From the NCBI GenBank assembly GCA_023248155.1, contig JAHFFE010000001.1, positions 84,873 through 148,872 on the forward strand: a stretch of DNA of 64,000 bases, read 5' to 3'. This document shows, piece after piece, positions 51,612 to 61,253 of this stretch. The DNA comes from Candidatus Omnitrophota bacterium. Lineage in GTDB: Bacteria > Omnitrophota > Gorgyraeia > 1-14-0-20-64-10. The first letter of the stretch is position 1; every line of letters starts with the position of its first letter. The translations under genes and the position numbers were made by a program. The notes below the pieces were generated by a model that was not told the origin of the DNA, searched no databases, and was given only the letters and a program-made list of their open reading frames with translations.

Positions 51612-52932
51612 TTTTAAGTTTCTTTTTTTGCCGGCTGAACAGATATCGGTTAAAATAATAGCCAACCAGAGCACCAGACACAGCGCTGGCTGTAACTTCC
51701 ACCATGGAAAGCAGTGCATCAATCATGCTAAAGCCTGGAAGATACCAGTATAGAAATCCTTTCCAGTCTCCTTTGACGAGGCAGTTTCCAGCTAAAGTAT
51801 CAACAACGCAAACCAGAGTGCTCATCACCAACATGCCACAAAAAACACCGATACTCCCAAAATTAACATAAAATTCAAGCACCTGGCCGATTCCAACGCT
51901 GGTGCCCTCCGAGAATTCAATGCCGGTGTAATCGGCAACTAGATTGCCGCTACCTGCAAAAATATTTTTATCAGGCCAAAGCACGCGCGGAATCAGTGAT
52001 AAAACAGAGTCCCAGAGGGTGGCGCCATGCGCAAAAGGCTGAAGGCCATTACCCATATAATCAATGGCGGCTCCCAGCAAAAGACATTGATTCATGCGCT
52101 CATCGAGCCGATAGAGATGTATTTCATTGTTACTGTCCAACCATTCGAAATTAGTAATCATTCCAGAGATTTCTTCAAGCCGAACGGAAGTAGCTTCTTC
52201 TGCTCGAACTCGTTCACGAAGTAATTCGCGATCTCTCATGTAGGTCACATAAAACGAAAGACCCGCATAAATAATGACCATTCCCAACGCGATCATTTTC
52301 CAGCGGGGTTTCAAAAAATTAGCAATAAAAGAGAAGATTGAAAGAGCAATCATAGCCCCATAACTTAAAAACCCCTGCTGGATCATTGTAAGTAAAGGAA
52401 TTCCAATAAAAGAAAATAAACTGTAAATAAAGAATTGTCCGGAGTTTCTTGTTTGCCATGCTTTCCACAAACAAAGGCATAATCCGGCCACCAGAAATCG
52501 CCACATTGAGGAAGAAAGAGCGGCTCCGGACGGGATTTTACTGGCAATGGGGATAATGAAGAAAAAACTAAATAATCCGAATAACACATAAACAAGGGGT
52601 AATCCCAGCGTAAAAGCATCCGATGGCATTTTGGGTTTATCTACTTGTAATGAGTGTATTAGAAATGGACCAACAAAAACAGAACCGATTCCAAACCCGA
52701 TGATGCCATAGGTCGCCATTTCAAATCCGAGGTCGTTGAAATATTGCTCCCCCAGAGAGTACCACTCATGCTGGTAGATCCATCCGCCGATGCCGTAAAG
52801 AGACCATAGCTGTAATAAATAAGCCAATACAAGACCAGCGCTGGGAGATTTCATTCGCCAGCGGCTAACGACAACTACCAAGCTTACGAAGAGCCAGGCC
52901 CACCAGCAAAATTCAAACGAAAGCGCTTTCAT
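51592..52932 (-). CDS. polytopic membrane protein, putative O-antigen/EPS polymerase (Wzy-like) or ligase-like
   Basis: 446 aa; ~7 N-terminal TM, a ~200-aa loop domain, then further TM. Located between glycosyltransferases. Confidence 0.45.
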   Translation of the reverse strand: MKALSFEFCWWAWLFVSLVVVVSRWRMKSPSAGLVLAYLLQLWSLYGIGGWIYQHEWYSLGEQYFNDLGFEMATYGIIGFGIGSVFVGPFLIHSLQVDKPKMPSDAFTLGLPLVYVLFGLFSFFFIIPIASKIPSGAALSSSMWRFLVAGLCLCLWKAWQTRNSGQFFIYSLFSFIGIPLLTMIQQGFLSYGAMIALSIFSFIANFLKPRWKMIALGMVIIYAGLSFYVTYMRDRELLRERVRAEEATSVRLEEISGMITNFEWLDSNNEIHLYRLDERMNQCLLLGAAIDYMGNGLQPFAHGATLWDSVLSLIPRVLWPDKNIFAGSGNLVADYTGIEFSEGTSVGIGQVLEFYVNFGSIGVFCGMLVMSTLVCVVDTLAGNCLVKGDWKGFLYWYLPGFSMIDALLSMVEVTASAVSGALVGYYFNRYLFSRQKKKLKNASSAF

Positions 52933-52996
52933 GGCAATTTTTGGTAAGCTGCAATGGTTTTATCATTCAGTTGAACGCATAATTTGGCAATTTGTT

Positions 52997-54208
52997 TCAA
53001 GGAAGTGGGCCATATTCTTGAAGAACTTGTTCATAGAGATGCCGCATCGATTGCGCTACGGTCTGAGTCGAAAAGACTGTCGAAACCAATTGTTGACCCG
53101 CTTTTCCCATGGCCTCGGTTTCCGTACGGTTTTCCAGTAGCGAAACGATGGCCTCGGCCCAAATTTTCGAATGGGCTGTCTCGACCCGTCCGCATTGATT
53201 TCTGGCTATCCAGGCAGCGATGCCCACTTCTGGAGAAACGAGTACGGGCAGACCGATGGCCATTGCTTCTAGAACAGAGACACCGAAATTCTCATCCCGG
53301 GAAGGCAGCAAGAAAAGCTGGCTGTCACGGTAGCAAGCCCATTTTTCTACTCCCGACAGTGAAGGGATAAATGTAGCATGACCGCTGAGGTTGTTTTTCT
53401 TTAGCACCGCCTGCACGGAGTTTACGGCACCTTCATTGGGTCCTACGAAAACCAACTGCAATTTTTCTTTAGAAGTTATCTGTGACAATGCGCAGGCCAG
53501 CAGCGCCGGCCTTTTTTTAGGATGCATGCGGCCCAAAAAAAGCAGAATGGAACGGTTCCCAATTTCAGGATATTTTTTTCTAAAATCGCCCGAATGAGTT
53601 GCCGGAATTAATTCCGGGCGGATGGATCGCGGGACGACCGAATGGGGCGTGACGGTGCCAAATCGTTCGGCGCGCGCCGCCTCCAGAGGACTGGTGAAAT
53701 GGATGCGCTGCGCATGCATTAAAGTAAATCGCTCGATCAAAAAACCATAACACCGCTTGAACCAGCTGCGCCGCTGCATTCCGTAAGGGTCCAGCGCTCC
53801 GCAGGGAGAAATAATGTAAGGAATTTTAAATCGTCTGCAGAGCCGCGATGCAATCAGCGTTGGATAAAGCCAGATGGAATGGATATGAACGATGTCAAAA
53901 GAAGAAAGGTTTTTCTCCAGCGCTTCTTTAAGCGCAGGGCTGAACGCATAACGTTGGCCGAGCCAATTCCATGGATGTTCTGGAAAATGTTCAATCGAAA
54001 CACCCAAGGAGCGGACCTGTTGATCCATGGGACCGTCGGTTTTCTCGTCGTGCCCGCGCCAGGTGGTGTAAATGGTAACAGCACATCCGTTTTGGATTAA
54101 CCCGGAACAAAGTTCGCGCACGCTGACGGGAACTCCCCCATCTCGAAAGGCCAGTGAGGGAACAACATGAAGTACTTTTATAATCAGGATTCCCCCCGTG
54201 ATACCCAA
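52997..54208 (-). CDS. glycosyltransferase family 4
   Basis: ...LLFLGRMHPKKRP...LFLLPSRDENFGVSVLEAMAIGLPVLVS.... Confidence 0.8.
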   Translation of the reverse strand: MGITGGILIIKVLHVVPSLAFRDGGVPVSVRELCSGLIQNGCAVTIYTTWRGHDEKTDGPMDQQVRSLGVSIEHFPEHPWNWLGQRYAFSPALKEALEKNLSSFDIVHIHSIWLYPTLIASRLCRRFKIPYIISPCGALDPYGMQRRSWFKRCYGFLIERFTLMHAQRIHFTSPLEAARAERFGTVTPHSVVPRSIRPELIPATHSGDFRKKYPEIGNRSILLFLGRMHPKKRPALLACALSQITSKEKLQLVFVGPNEGAVNSVQAVLKKNNLSGHATFIPSLSGVEKWACYRDSQLFLLPSRDENFGVSVLEAMAIGLPVLVSPEVGIAAWIARNQCGRVETAHSKIWAEAIVSLLENRTETEAMGKAGQQLVSTVFSTQTVAQSMRHLYEQVLQEYGPLP

Positions 54209-55920
54209 AATGGACCGAGCGCCAGGCAGTCGACCGAGTTGCGCTGGACGCAGGCGATCGCCTCTTCGGAGCGGCAGACGATCGGCTCCCGTTCATTAAA
54301 AGAGGTATTTAAGATTACCGGCACGCCAGTTTTTTTTTCAAATGCTTTAATCAGCCGGTAGTACAAGGGTTCATCGTCGGGAAAAACTGCCTGGACGCGA
54401 CCGGTTCCATCAACGTGCGTAACGGCCGGTATTTTTTCACGTTGCTCAGCGCGTACCGTGAACGTAAACAGCATGAACCGGTCTGCGTGCGCGTTTTCAT
54501 AATAAGAAGAAACGGCTTCGGCCGCAACTGACGGGGCGAATGGCCGAAACGACTCGCGCCGCTTTATCCGCTCATTGATCCGGTCTTTCATTTTGGGATC
54601 GCGCGGATCGGCCAGCAAACTGCGGTGGCCCAGTGCACGCGGGCCAAACTCCATCCGGCCCTGGAACCATCCGACGATTTTTCCCTGCGCCAGCGCCTCG
54701 GCAGTGGTTTCGCATAATTCCATATCGTTTAGTTCACGGTAGAAGAGCCCCGCTTTTTCCAGCGCGCGGCGGTGGGTTTCTTTATCCGGCTCGGGACCCC
54801 AGGCGGCCGTCTGCATGCGGAAAACCCGTTTTTCATTGTAGTGCTGGTGCGCCGTATAGAGCGCAGCGCCTAGAGAAGTTCCGGCATCATGCGCGGCCGG
54901 TTGAATAAAAATTTCTTTGAACGGTGTTTCGGAACGGATCCGGCCGTTCAGCACGCAGTTGAGCGCCACGCCTCCGGCGTAACAAAGCCGCGAAACCGGA
55001 TGACGCTGATGCAGGCGCCGCAACAGGGAAAGGACGACCTCTTCCAGCCGCTCCTGCAGCGCCGCGGCGATATGCGCGTGCCGTTCTTCAAACGGCGCTT
55101 TGGGATCCCGCCGCGGGCCCAGCAGCTGTTCCATCGCCGGATTGTAGAGAATTCCCAGCGAAGGCGCGCCCGATTCCCAGGTCATCGACACCTTCATCTG
55201 CTGGTGCTGGAAATAATTCAGATTCAACCGGTACTGCCCGTCGGAAAGCTGCTGCACCAGCATCTGCATCTGTTTTCGGTAATGGTCTGGTTTTCCGTAG
55301 GCGGCCAGCCCCATCACCTTGTATTCGTCGCCCCACTCGAGAAAACCGAGGTACTGCGTGATGGCGGTGTACAAAATGCCCAGCGAGTGCGGAAAGCGCA
55401 CATCGCCCGAAATTTGCATCCGGTTCCCGCGACCGGTTCCCCAGAGGCCGCTTAAAAAATCGCCAAAACCGTCCAGCGATAAAACCGCTGCTTCATCCCA
55501 CCCGGAAGCGTAAAAACTGGAACCGATATGTGAACGGTGGTGTTCAACGAAATGGACAGCGGCGCTGATTTTCTTCGGCGCCGCATCCAGTGCGCGCGTG
55601 ACTGTCTGTGGAATTTCGCGAAGCTTGTTTAAAAGCGTGACGCGGTTTTGAATCCCTTTCGAAAAAAGCCCTTGCCGTAAAGCGAACGCCGCTTTTTCAG
55701 GCCAGTGGCTCGAGGGGTTCCGTGAAATAGAGATGGCGTTGATTTTTTCGGGAGAAACCCGGGCCGATTCCAGACAATAACGGACTGCTTCGGAGGGGAA
55801 ACCGGCCAGATGTTTAATGCGAACGAACCGTTCTTCTTCTGCGGCTGCTACTAAATTACCGTCGATGATCAGCGCGGCCGATGCTTCGGCGTGGTAGGCG
55901 TTAATCCCTAGAATAATCAA
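54184..55920 (-). CDS. carbamoyltransferase (NodU/CmcH family)
   Basis: MIILGINAYHAEASAALIIDGNLVAAAEEERFVRIKH... matches Carbam_trans_N; 578 aa. Confidence 0.85.
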   Translation of the reverse strand: MIILGINAYHAEASAALIIDGNLVAAAEEERFVRIKHLAGFPSEAVRYCLESARVSPEKINAISISRNPSSHWPEKAAFALRQGLFSKGIQNRVTLLNKLREIPQTVTRALDAAPKKISAAVHFVEHHRSHIGSSFYASGWDEAAVLSLDGFGDFLSGLWGTGRGNRMQISGDVRFPHSLGILYTAITQYLGFLEWGDEYKVMGLAAYGKPDHYRKQMQMLVQQLSDGQYRLNLNYFQHQQMKVSMTWESGAPSLGILYNPAMEQLLGPRRDPKAPFEERHAHIAAALQERLEEVVLSLLRRLHQRHPVSRLCYAGGVALNCVLNGRIRSETPFKEIFIQPAAHDAGTSLGAALYTAHQHYNEKRVFRMQTAAWGPEPDKETHRRALEKAGLFYRELNDMELCETTAEALAQGKIVGWFQGRMEFGPRALGHRSLLADPRDPKMKDRINERIKRRESFRPFAPSVAAEAVSSYYENAHADRFMLFTFTVRAEQREKIPAVTHVDGTGRVQAVFPDDEPLYYRLIKAFEKKTGVPVILNTSFNEREPIVCRSEEAIACVQRNSVDCLALGPFWVSRGES

Positions 55921-56780
55921 TGGCGCTTATTCCCAGCGTGTTCGACCCGGCGCAATTCATCCAGCCGAATGTCGATCACTAAACGAAACCAGAACGCTTG
56001 CAGAAAATGGAACACAAACCCTTCCTTGCCGTCGAGAAAACCCAGCAGGATCACGTAGCGATAGAAAAAGTATCCAAACGGTCTGATGTACAGCGGCATC
56101 TGGTAGTACCGGCTTTTAAGCCAGAGAATTCGCTGGTCCGGTGTTCCAAAAAACCGGGGCGTGGTTTTCCAGGACAGGCGTCCGGACCGGCGTTCATTCT
56201 CCTCGGCCGCAAATGCATCTGCATAGCGCAGATGTTTTTCAAGATAAAACAGGATCGCATCTTCCTTGCGGTTATGTTCCTTGAGAATTCCCCTGAGTTG
56301 GCCGCATGAACCGTTGACGTAGACGCGAGTGTCTTGTTCCTTCGGATCCAGTTGAGACTTCGAACGACGGAAAAGTTTCAACAGTCGTTTTCCGCCATAT
56401 CCGCCGTAACGGATTTTTTTCCCTCGGAAATATTGCAGACGGCGCAGATAATAGCCAGCATGCGCCGGAGTCCCTTCGCACAGAAGGCAGCAGATATCCT
56501 CTCTTAATTCGGGAGTCAGCACCTGGTCCGCTTCAAGAATCAAAATCCAGTCATTGCGAATCGGCAGATGGTCGAGGCTCCATTGGAAGATCCAGGGAAT
56601 AATTCGCGAATGGTCGTAGGGAAGCCGTTCGACATAATCACACAGAGGACGTGCAATATCAACCGTGCGATCGGAGCTCTCGGAATCGATCACGAAGATC
56701 TGATCAGCGAGGCCGCGCACGCTTTCAAGACAGAATGCAATGTTGAGTTCTTCATTGCGCGTGACTACGAGAACGGTCAA
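55917..56780 (-). CDS. glycosyltransferase family 2
   Basis: MTVLVVTRNEELNIAFCLESV...VIDSESSD.... Confidence 0.8.
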   Translation of the reverse strand: MTVLVVTRNEELNIAFCLESVRGLADQIFVIDSESSDRTVDIARPLCDYVERLPYDHSRIIPWIFQWSLDHLPIRNDWILILEADQVLTPELREDICCLLCEGTPAHAGYYLRRLQYFRGKKIRYGGYGGKRLLKLFRRSKSQLDPKEQDTRVYVNGSCGQLRGILKEHNRKEDAILFYLEKHLRYADAFAAEENERRSGRLSWKTTPRFFGTPDQRILWLKSRYYQMPLYIRPFGYFFYRYVILLGFLDGKEGFVFHFLQAFWFRLVIDIRLDELRRVEHAGNKRH

Positions 56781-56812
56781 AGGCGCTTTTATCTCAGCTT
56801 CTCCTGCGTATG

Positions 56813-58750
56813 TTACGAGTTATCGTTCTCTTCCGCCGGATTATCGTCGGGCGTAATCAGCGCGAATGGTTTCCGCTGTTTCTTTTCTTTTTTCCGTTGT
56901 TTCTTCTCGGAAGGTTGTTTCCGGTTCTCTCCATAGGAGTAGTAATACCGGTAGCCGCGCTCCAGCTCCAGCTGGGCGCCATTCAAGACGCCGCCGATCA
57001 GTTTGGCGCCGACATCCACCAATTTCTGCTTTCCAGCCACAATGGCATCGCTGTGCGTTTGATTAGCTCGCACCACATAGACGACTCCATCGGCCATCGT
57101 TGCGAGTACGCAAGCATCGGCGGCTACCAAAACGGGAGGAGAATCGATCAGGATATAGGAGTATTCCTTTCTCCACTCATCCAGCATTTGTTTGAAGCGG
57201 TTGCTTTGCAGAAGATCGGTCGGTTGCGATGATGAAAACCCGGAAGGAACAACAAACAGACCTTCGCTATCCGGAACCGGATGAACAATCTCAGAAGCCT
57301 GCGCCTGATCCTGAAGAGCGTTGCTTAATCCGGGTTCAATCGGTATCTGAAACGAATGATGAAAAGTCGGGCGGCGCAGGTCGGCGTCAATGACGAGCGT
57401 TTTTCGGCCGATCTCCTGCAGTGCAATCGCTAAATTGGCGGTGAAAGTCGACTTGCCTTCAGAGGGCAAGGCGCTGGTAAATAATAAAACATGGGATTGC
57501 GCAGACGGGATAATGAATTCCAGAGTGGTGCGGATGGAGCGGATATTTTCAGCCATCGGCGATTGCGCGTCTCGCATGATCAACGGCCGGCGATGGCGCA
57601 GCAATGTTTTCCTGTTTCCGGCCTGCGGGATATGCCCCAGGAATGGAATTTCCAGCAGCGATTCAAAGGCACTGCGCGTCCGCACGGTGCTGGTCATTAG
57701 TTCCAGTACCAGCGCGATTCCAAAACCAATCAGGAATCCAAGGAACGCGGCCGTCAAAATGGTCCGTTTGCGCATCGGACCGACCGGGATATCCGAAACC
57801 TGGGCGTAATCGACTACTTGCACATTGTTGTTCTGAACACCCTCTTGAACAGACAACTCTTTAAGCCGGGTCAACAGCACATTGTAAATCGATTCGCTGG
57901 TCTTCGCTTCCCGCAGCAGTGTATTGAACTGGATCGACAGGCGGCTTAACTCCAGCGCGCGCTGTTCCTGGTCGAATAGGGCCAGCTGCAGTTCTTTTTC
58001 TTTGGTAAACAGCTCAACTAATTCCGGGTGTTTTTCGCGGTATTTGGCCTCGGCTTCGATCCGTTTTTCGCGTGTTTTGGTCAGCGACGCATTGAGCGCT
58101 TGTAAACGCTGAATGACGGTGTTTTGGCCCTGCTCATCAAGATCAACGCCGTTGTGCTGTTCGCGGAAATCCTGCAGATTGATCTGCGCGTCCCGCATCT
58201 TTTTTTCCATCTTGTCGACTTCCTGCTTGAGCCAATCAATTCCGCCGGTCGTCATCTGGCGCTTGCGTTCGAGGTTGATTTTGGCGTACATTTCAGCGAC
58301 GGCATTGGCGATGCGCGCCACAAGCTTCGGCTTGGTTCCAACCACGCTGACGTCGACCAGCTTGGTTCCGCGCAGCGGAGTGACCGAAACGATTTTGCGC
58401 AGCACCGCGACCGGATCTTTCGCGCGCGAATAGGGAGGGAATGAAGTCAGATTTAATTCTTCAAGAACGCGCGCCATCACGGCGCGGCTGGAAATGACCT
58501 GATATTCGGTTGGCAGAGAAGAGCGGTCTACCGCGGAGGTCGAACCGACATCGCCCTGAAATCGCACAACGCGCGTGACATCCGGTTCAATCAGGATCCG
58601 AACCGTTGACCGGTAGATGTTCGGTTGGCGCGCCATATGCAGCGTGGCCAGCAACGTTGCGACGAATGTCACTGACAAGACCAGTTTCCGGTGTAGCCGG
58701 AAGATCCTCAGGTAGTCATCCAGTGTCCATTCCTGAAGCTGAATTTGCAC
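56813..58750 (-). CDS. wzc: polysaccharide co-polymerase / BY-kinase (Wzc-like, PCP-2a)
   Basis: N-terminal Wzz domain with TM; coiled-coil; Walker A SALPSEGKST, A' VIDADLRRP, B ILIDSPP; C-terminal Tyr cluster YRYYYSYG. Confidence 0.85.
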   Translation of the reverse strand: MQIQLQEWTLDDYLRIFRLHRKLVLSVTFVATLLATLHMARQPNIYRSTVRILIEPDVTRVVRFQGDVGSTSAVDRSSLPTEYQVISSRAVMARVLEELNLTSFPPYSRAKDPVAVLRKIVSVTPLRGTKLVDVSVVGTKPKLVARIANAVAEMYAKINLERKRQMTTGGIDWLKQEVDKMEKKMRDAQINLQDFREQHNGVDLDEQGQNTVIQRLQALNASLTKTREKRIEAEAKYREKHPELVELFTKEKELQLALFDQEQRALELSRLSIQFNTLLREAKTSESIYNVLLTRLKELSVQEGVQNNNVQVVDYAQVSDIPVGPMRKRTILTAAFLGFLIGFGIALVLELMTSTVRTRSAFESLLEIPFLGHIPQAGNRKTLLRHRRPLIMRDAQSPMAENIRSIRTTLEFIIPSAQSHVLLFTSALPSEGKSTFTANLAIALQEIGRKTLVIDADLRRPTFHHSFQIPIEPGLSNALQDQAQASEIVHPVPDSEGLFVVPSGFSSSQPTDLLQSNRFKQMLDEWRKEYSYILIDSPPVLVAADACVLATMADGVVYVVRANQTHSDAIVAGKQKLVDVGAKLIGGVLNGAQLELERGYRYYYSYGENRKQPSEKKQRKKEKKQRKPFALITPDDNPAEENDNS

Positions 58751-58756
58751 CCGCGA

Positions 58757-59419
58757 TTACTCCTTTGCCTTGATTTTTGCCCCGGATTTTTCCCAGGCCC
58801 CTTTGAGCGTGATTCCGACGGAGCGAAGGAGTATCCAGAGATCAAGTCCCAACGAACAGTTCCGTATATACGACAAGTCCCAAATCAGCCTCTGCTGGAG
58901 GGATGGATTTTTATCTCCGTACAGCTGCGCGACTCCGGCCAGTCCCGGTCTGACCGACACCCGCAGTTTCCCTCCAGGAAACTCTCCGATTTCTTCCAGC
59001 TCTTCCGGGATGAGCGGCCGGGGGCCCACGAAGCTCATCTCTCCTCGGAAAATATTGAGCAACTGCGGCAATTCATCCATCGCGCAGGCCCTTAATCCCC
59101 GGCAAAATCGGTCCGCGACGCGGCCGTTGTCTGCCAGCGTCCTAAATTTAAGAACGGTAAAAAACGCGCCATTTTTCCCAACGCGCGGTTGCCGGAACAG
59201 GACAGGAGATCCCAGGCTGCTTCGGATCTTTGCCGCGATCAGCGCCATCGGCAGCATGAAAAAAAGGAGACCGATCACCGACAGCGTCAGATCAAAAATA
59301 CGCTTTCCGTACCGCGCGTATACGCCCATGTCGAAAGTCTCCGCGCTAGCCGGTTTCCGACAAAACAGTCTGGTTGGAATCGACGACTGCTTTCTCGACG
59401 GAAATATTCGCGTAGCCAT
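58757..59419 (-). CDS. polyprenyl-phosphate sugar-1-phosphate transferase (WbaP/WcaJ C-terminal type, bacterial sugar transferase)
   Basis: ...PVLFRQPRVGKNGAFFTVLKFRTL...SFVGPRPLIPEE... Confidence 0.85.
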   Translation of the reverse strand: MATRIFPSRKQSSIPTRLFCRKPASAETFDMGVYARYGKRIFDLTLSVIGLLFFMLPMALIAAKIRSSLGSPVLFRQPRVGKNGAFFTVLKFRTLADNGRVADRFCRGLRACAMDELPQLLNIFRGEMSFVGPRPLIPEELEEIGEFPGGKLRVSVRPGLAGVAQLYGDKNPSLQQRLIWDLSYIRNCSLGLDLWILLRSVGITLKGAWEKSGAKIKAKE

Positions 59420-61247
59420 CTTTTAGCGTATACTCCTTGACCCGTAAAGGGTAGCGCTTTTTTTCAATCGCGGCGATCACCTGCGTTTCAAGATGTTTCA
59501 GAATTCCCTGCGGAATCGGCACCGGCCCGATCTTTACTTCGCGCAGCTTTGGATGCACGCGGTAGTCGACTACTTCAATGCCGATCCTCGCCTCTAGATC
59601 GAACCGTAAAAGGCCGATACGAACGGTTCCTTTGCCCAAGAAACCTTCCGGTTTGATTTTCGTTTGAATATCACTGATTTGTCCGGAGAACCGCCGTTGA
59701 GCTTCGCGCACGACCAGGTCCTGGAATTCAAGTTCGGTGAAGCGCCGCGTTATCCGTGTTTCTCCGGCTGCTTCCATGTATTTTGCCAGGCGATCCGCGA
59801 ATACCGTAACGAAAACGGGAAGAAATTCAGTCATCCATTTCATCAGGGGACTGCCGGTTTCCATCGCCATGGTTTCAGAAGCGGATAAGTCCGGCTGTTT
59901 GTCTATGTCCGCCGGTTCCGGTTTCCTTCCGGTGGTTCCCGGAATAGACCAGTCCGTTGAGCCTCCTTTTCCCCGCTGATATTCCTGTATTCGCTTCAAT
60001 GTGCCGCTGAAAGAACTGGCCGGAAAATGGGATTCTGCCTCCCGGAAATAATAGCGCGCTTTTTCCGGATCTTTGATGTCATACAGATAGAGCGAGGCCA
60101 CCTGGACCGTTCCAATGGAGCGCAGCGCGGCGTCGGCCTTTGTTTTAGAAAGCGCTTTTTCGTAAAGCGCAGCGGCTGTTGCCAAATCACCGCATGATTT
60201 GTACAGTTCGGCCAGCTGATAGTAAGCGGCGACTTTCCAGCTCTCGGAGCGGCCGTGCTTGATCAGCGCTTGGAAACAGCGAACCGCTTCTTCAATCCGC
60301 CCCAGCGAACGGAAGCACCAGCCGGCCTTGTACAGAGACTGCTCCGCCGAGGCCCCTTCCGGAGCCGATTGATAAGCCAGTTCCAGTATCGGGGCGGCTT
60401 TATCCAGCCGCGAACTTTGAATCAGCTTTAGTCCCAGCTGAAAAGCCGCTTGCTGGCGGTCTAATCCGGCCGGCAGCCCGCCTAAATTCTTTTCAAGGCG
60501 GTCCAGTTCTTTCTGGCCGGACACCGATTTTTCGAAACGGTTCATGAGTTCCTGCGCGACCATGATATCGGTTGCGTTGCGCGCCTGTCCTGCGGCCTGA
60601 CGGTATTCCTGCCGCGCTTCGTCGGTTTTCCCCAGTTTCTGGTAAACGCCGCCCAGCCGCATTCGCAGCGCAGCACGGCCTTCGTACCGTGGGTAATTCG
60701 TCAGCAGCTGCGCGTAAAGCGCGGCCGATTCTTTCAAAAGCCCGCGTTGTTCCAGCGCAATGGCCCGCTCCATGCCGGCCGAATCAATTTCCGGAGAGAG
60801 CGCTTCTCCGAGCACTTGCCGCGGCAGCAGAACGGCGCCGTGAAAAACGCCGCGCACGCCGAGCACCATTTCATCCAGCGTGCGCAGAATATTCGGCCGT
60901 TCCGCTAATTGATCATCCGCGACGGTGCCGATCATCGCCTGGGCATCGTCCACGGGTCTTTGCAGGTTTTGGGAACTTAAAACACCCTGACTGTACTGCA
61001 GCGCCGAAACGGTTTTTAAATCGGTTTCTTCCCGCGCCAACTGGGAAGTCAGCGTCTGGTTGACCAACAGCAGTGCCGCTTCGGCCTGGCCGACGCCGGT
61101 CGATCCGTTGAGCACGGTAAACGAGGTGCGCAAATTTTTGAGGTTTACGTCGAGGATCAGCTTGCTGTAGATCGGAAAGAACGCCAGGACAGCGGTGATG
61201 GCAACCGGCAGTTGAAGCACCGTAACCCAGCGTCGCAGGTCGTTCAT
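59346..61247 (-). CDS. membrane-anchored TPR-repeat protein with an unknown C-terminal domain
   Basis: N-terminal TM VTVLQLPVAITAVLAFF; several TPR-like repeats (ALYAQLLTNYPRYEG..., AYYQLAELYKSCGD...); overlaps the sugar transferase by 74 nt. Confidence 0.55.
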   Translation of the reverse strand: MNDLRRWVTVLQLPVAITAVLAFFPIYSKLILDVNLKNLRTSFTVLNGSTGVGQAEAALLLVNQTLTSQLAREETDLKTVSALQYSQGVLSSQNLQRPVDDAQAMIGTVADDQLAERPNILRTLDEMVLGVRGVFHGAVLLPRQVLGEALSPEIDSAGMERAIALEQRGLLKESAALYAQLLTNYPRYEGRAALRMRLGGVYQKLGKTDEARQEYRQAAGQARNATDIMVAQELMNRFEKSVSGQKELDRLEKNLGGLPAGLDRQQAAFQLGLKLIQSSRLDKAAPILELAYQSAPEGASAEQSLYKAGWCFRSLGRIEEAVRCFQALIKHGRSESWKVAAYYQLAELYKSCGDLATAAALYEKALSKTKADAALRSIGTVQVASLYLYDIKDPEKARYYFREAESHFPASSFSGTLKRIQEYQRGKGGSTDWSIPGTTGRKPEPADIDKQPDLSASETMAMETGSPLMKWMTEFLPVFVTVFADRLAKYMEAAGETRITRRFTELEFQDLVVREAQRRFSGQISDIQTKIKPEGFLGKGTVRIGLLRFDLEARIGIEVVDYRVHPKLREVKIGPVPIPQGILKHLETQVIAAIEKKRYPLRVKEYTLKDGYANISVEKAVVDSNQTVLSETG

Positions 61248-61253
61248 TGTTGG

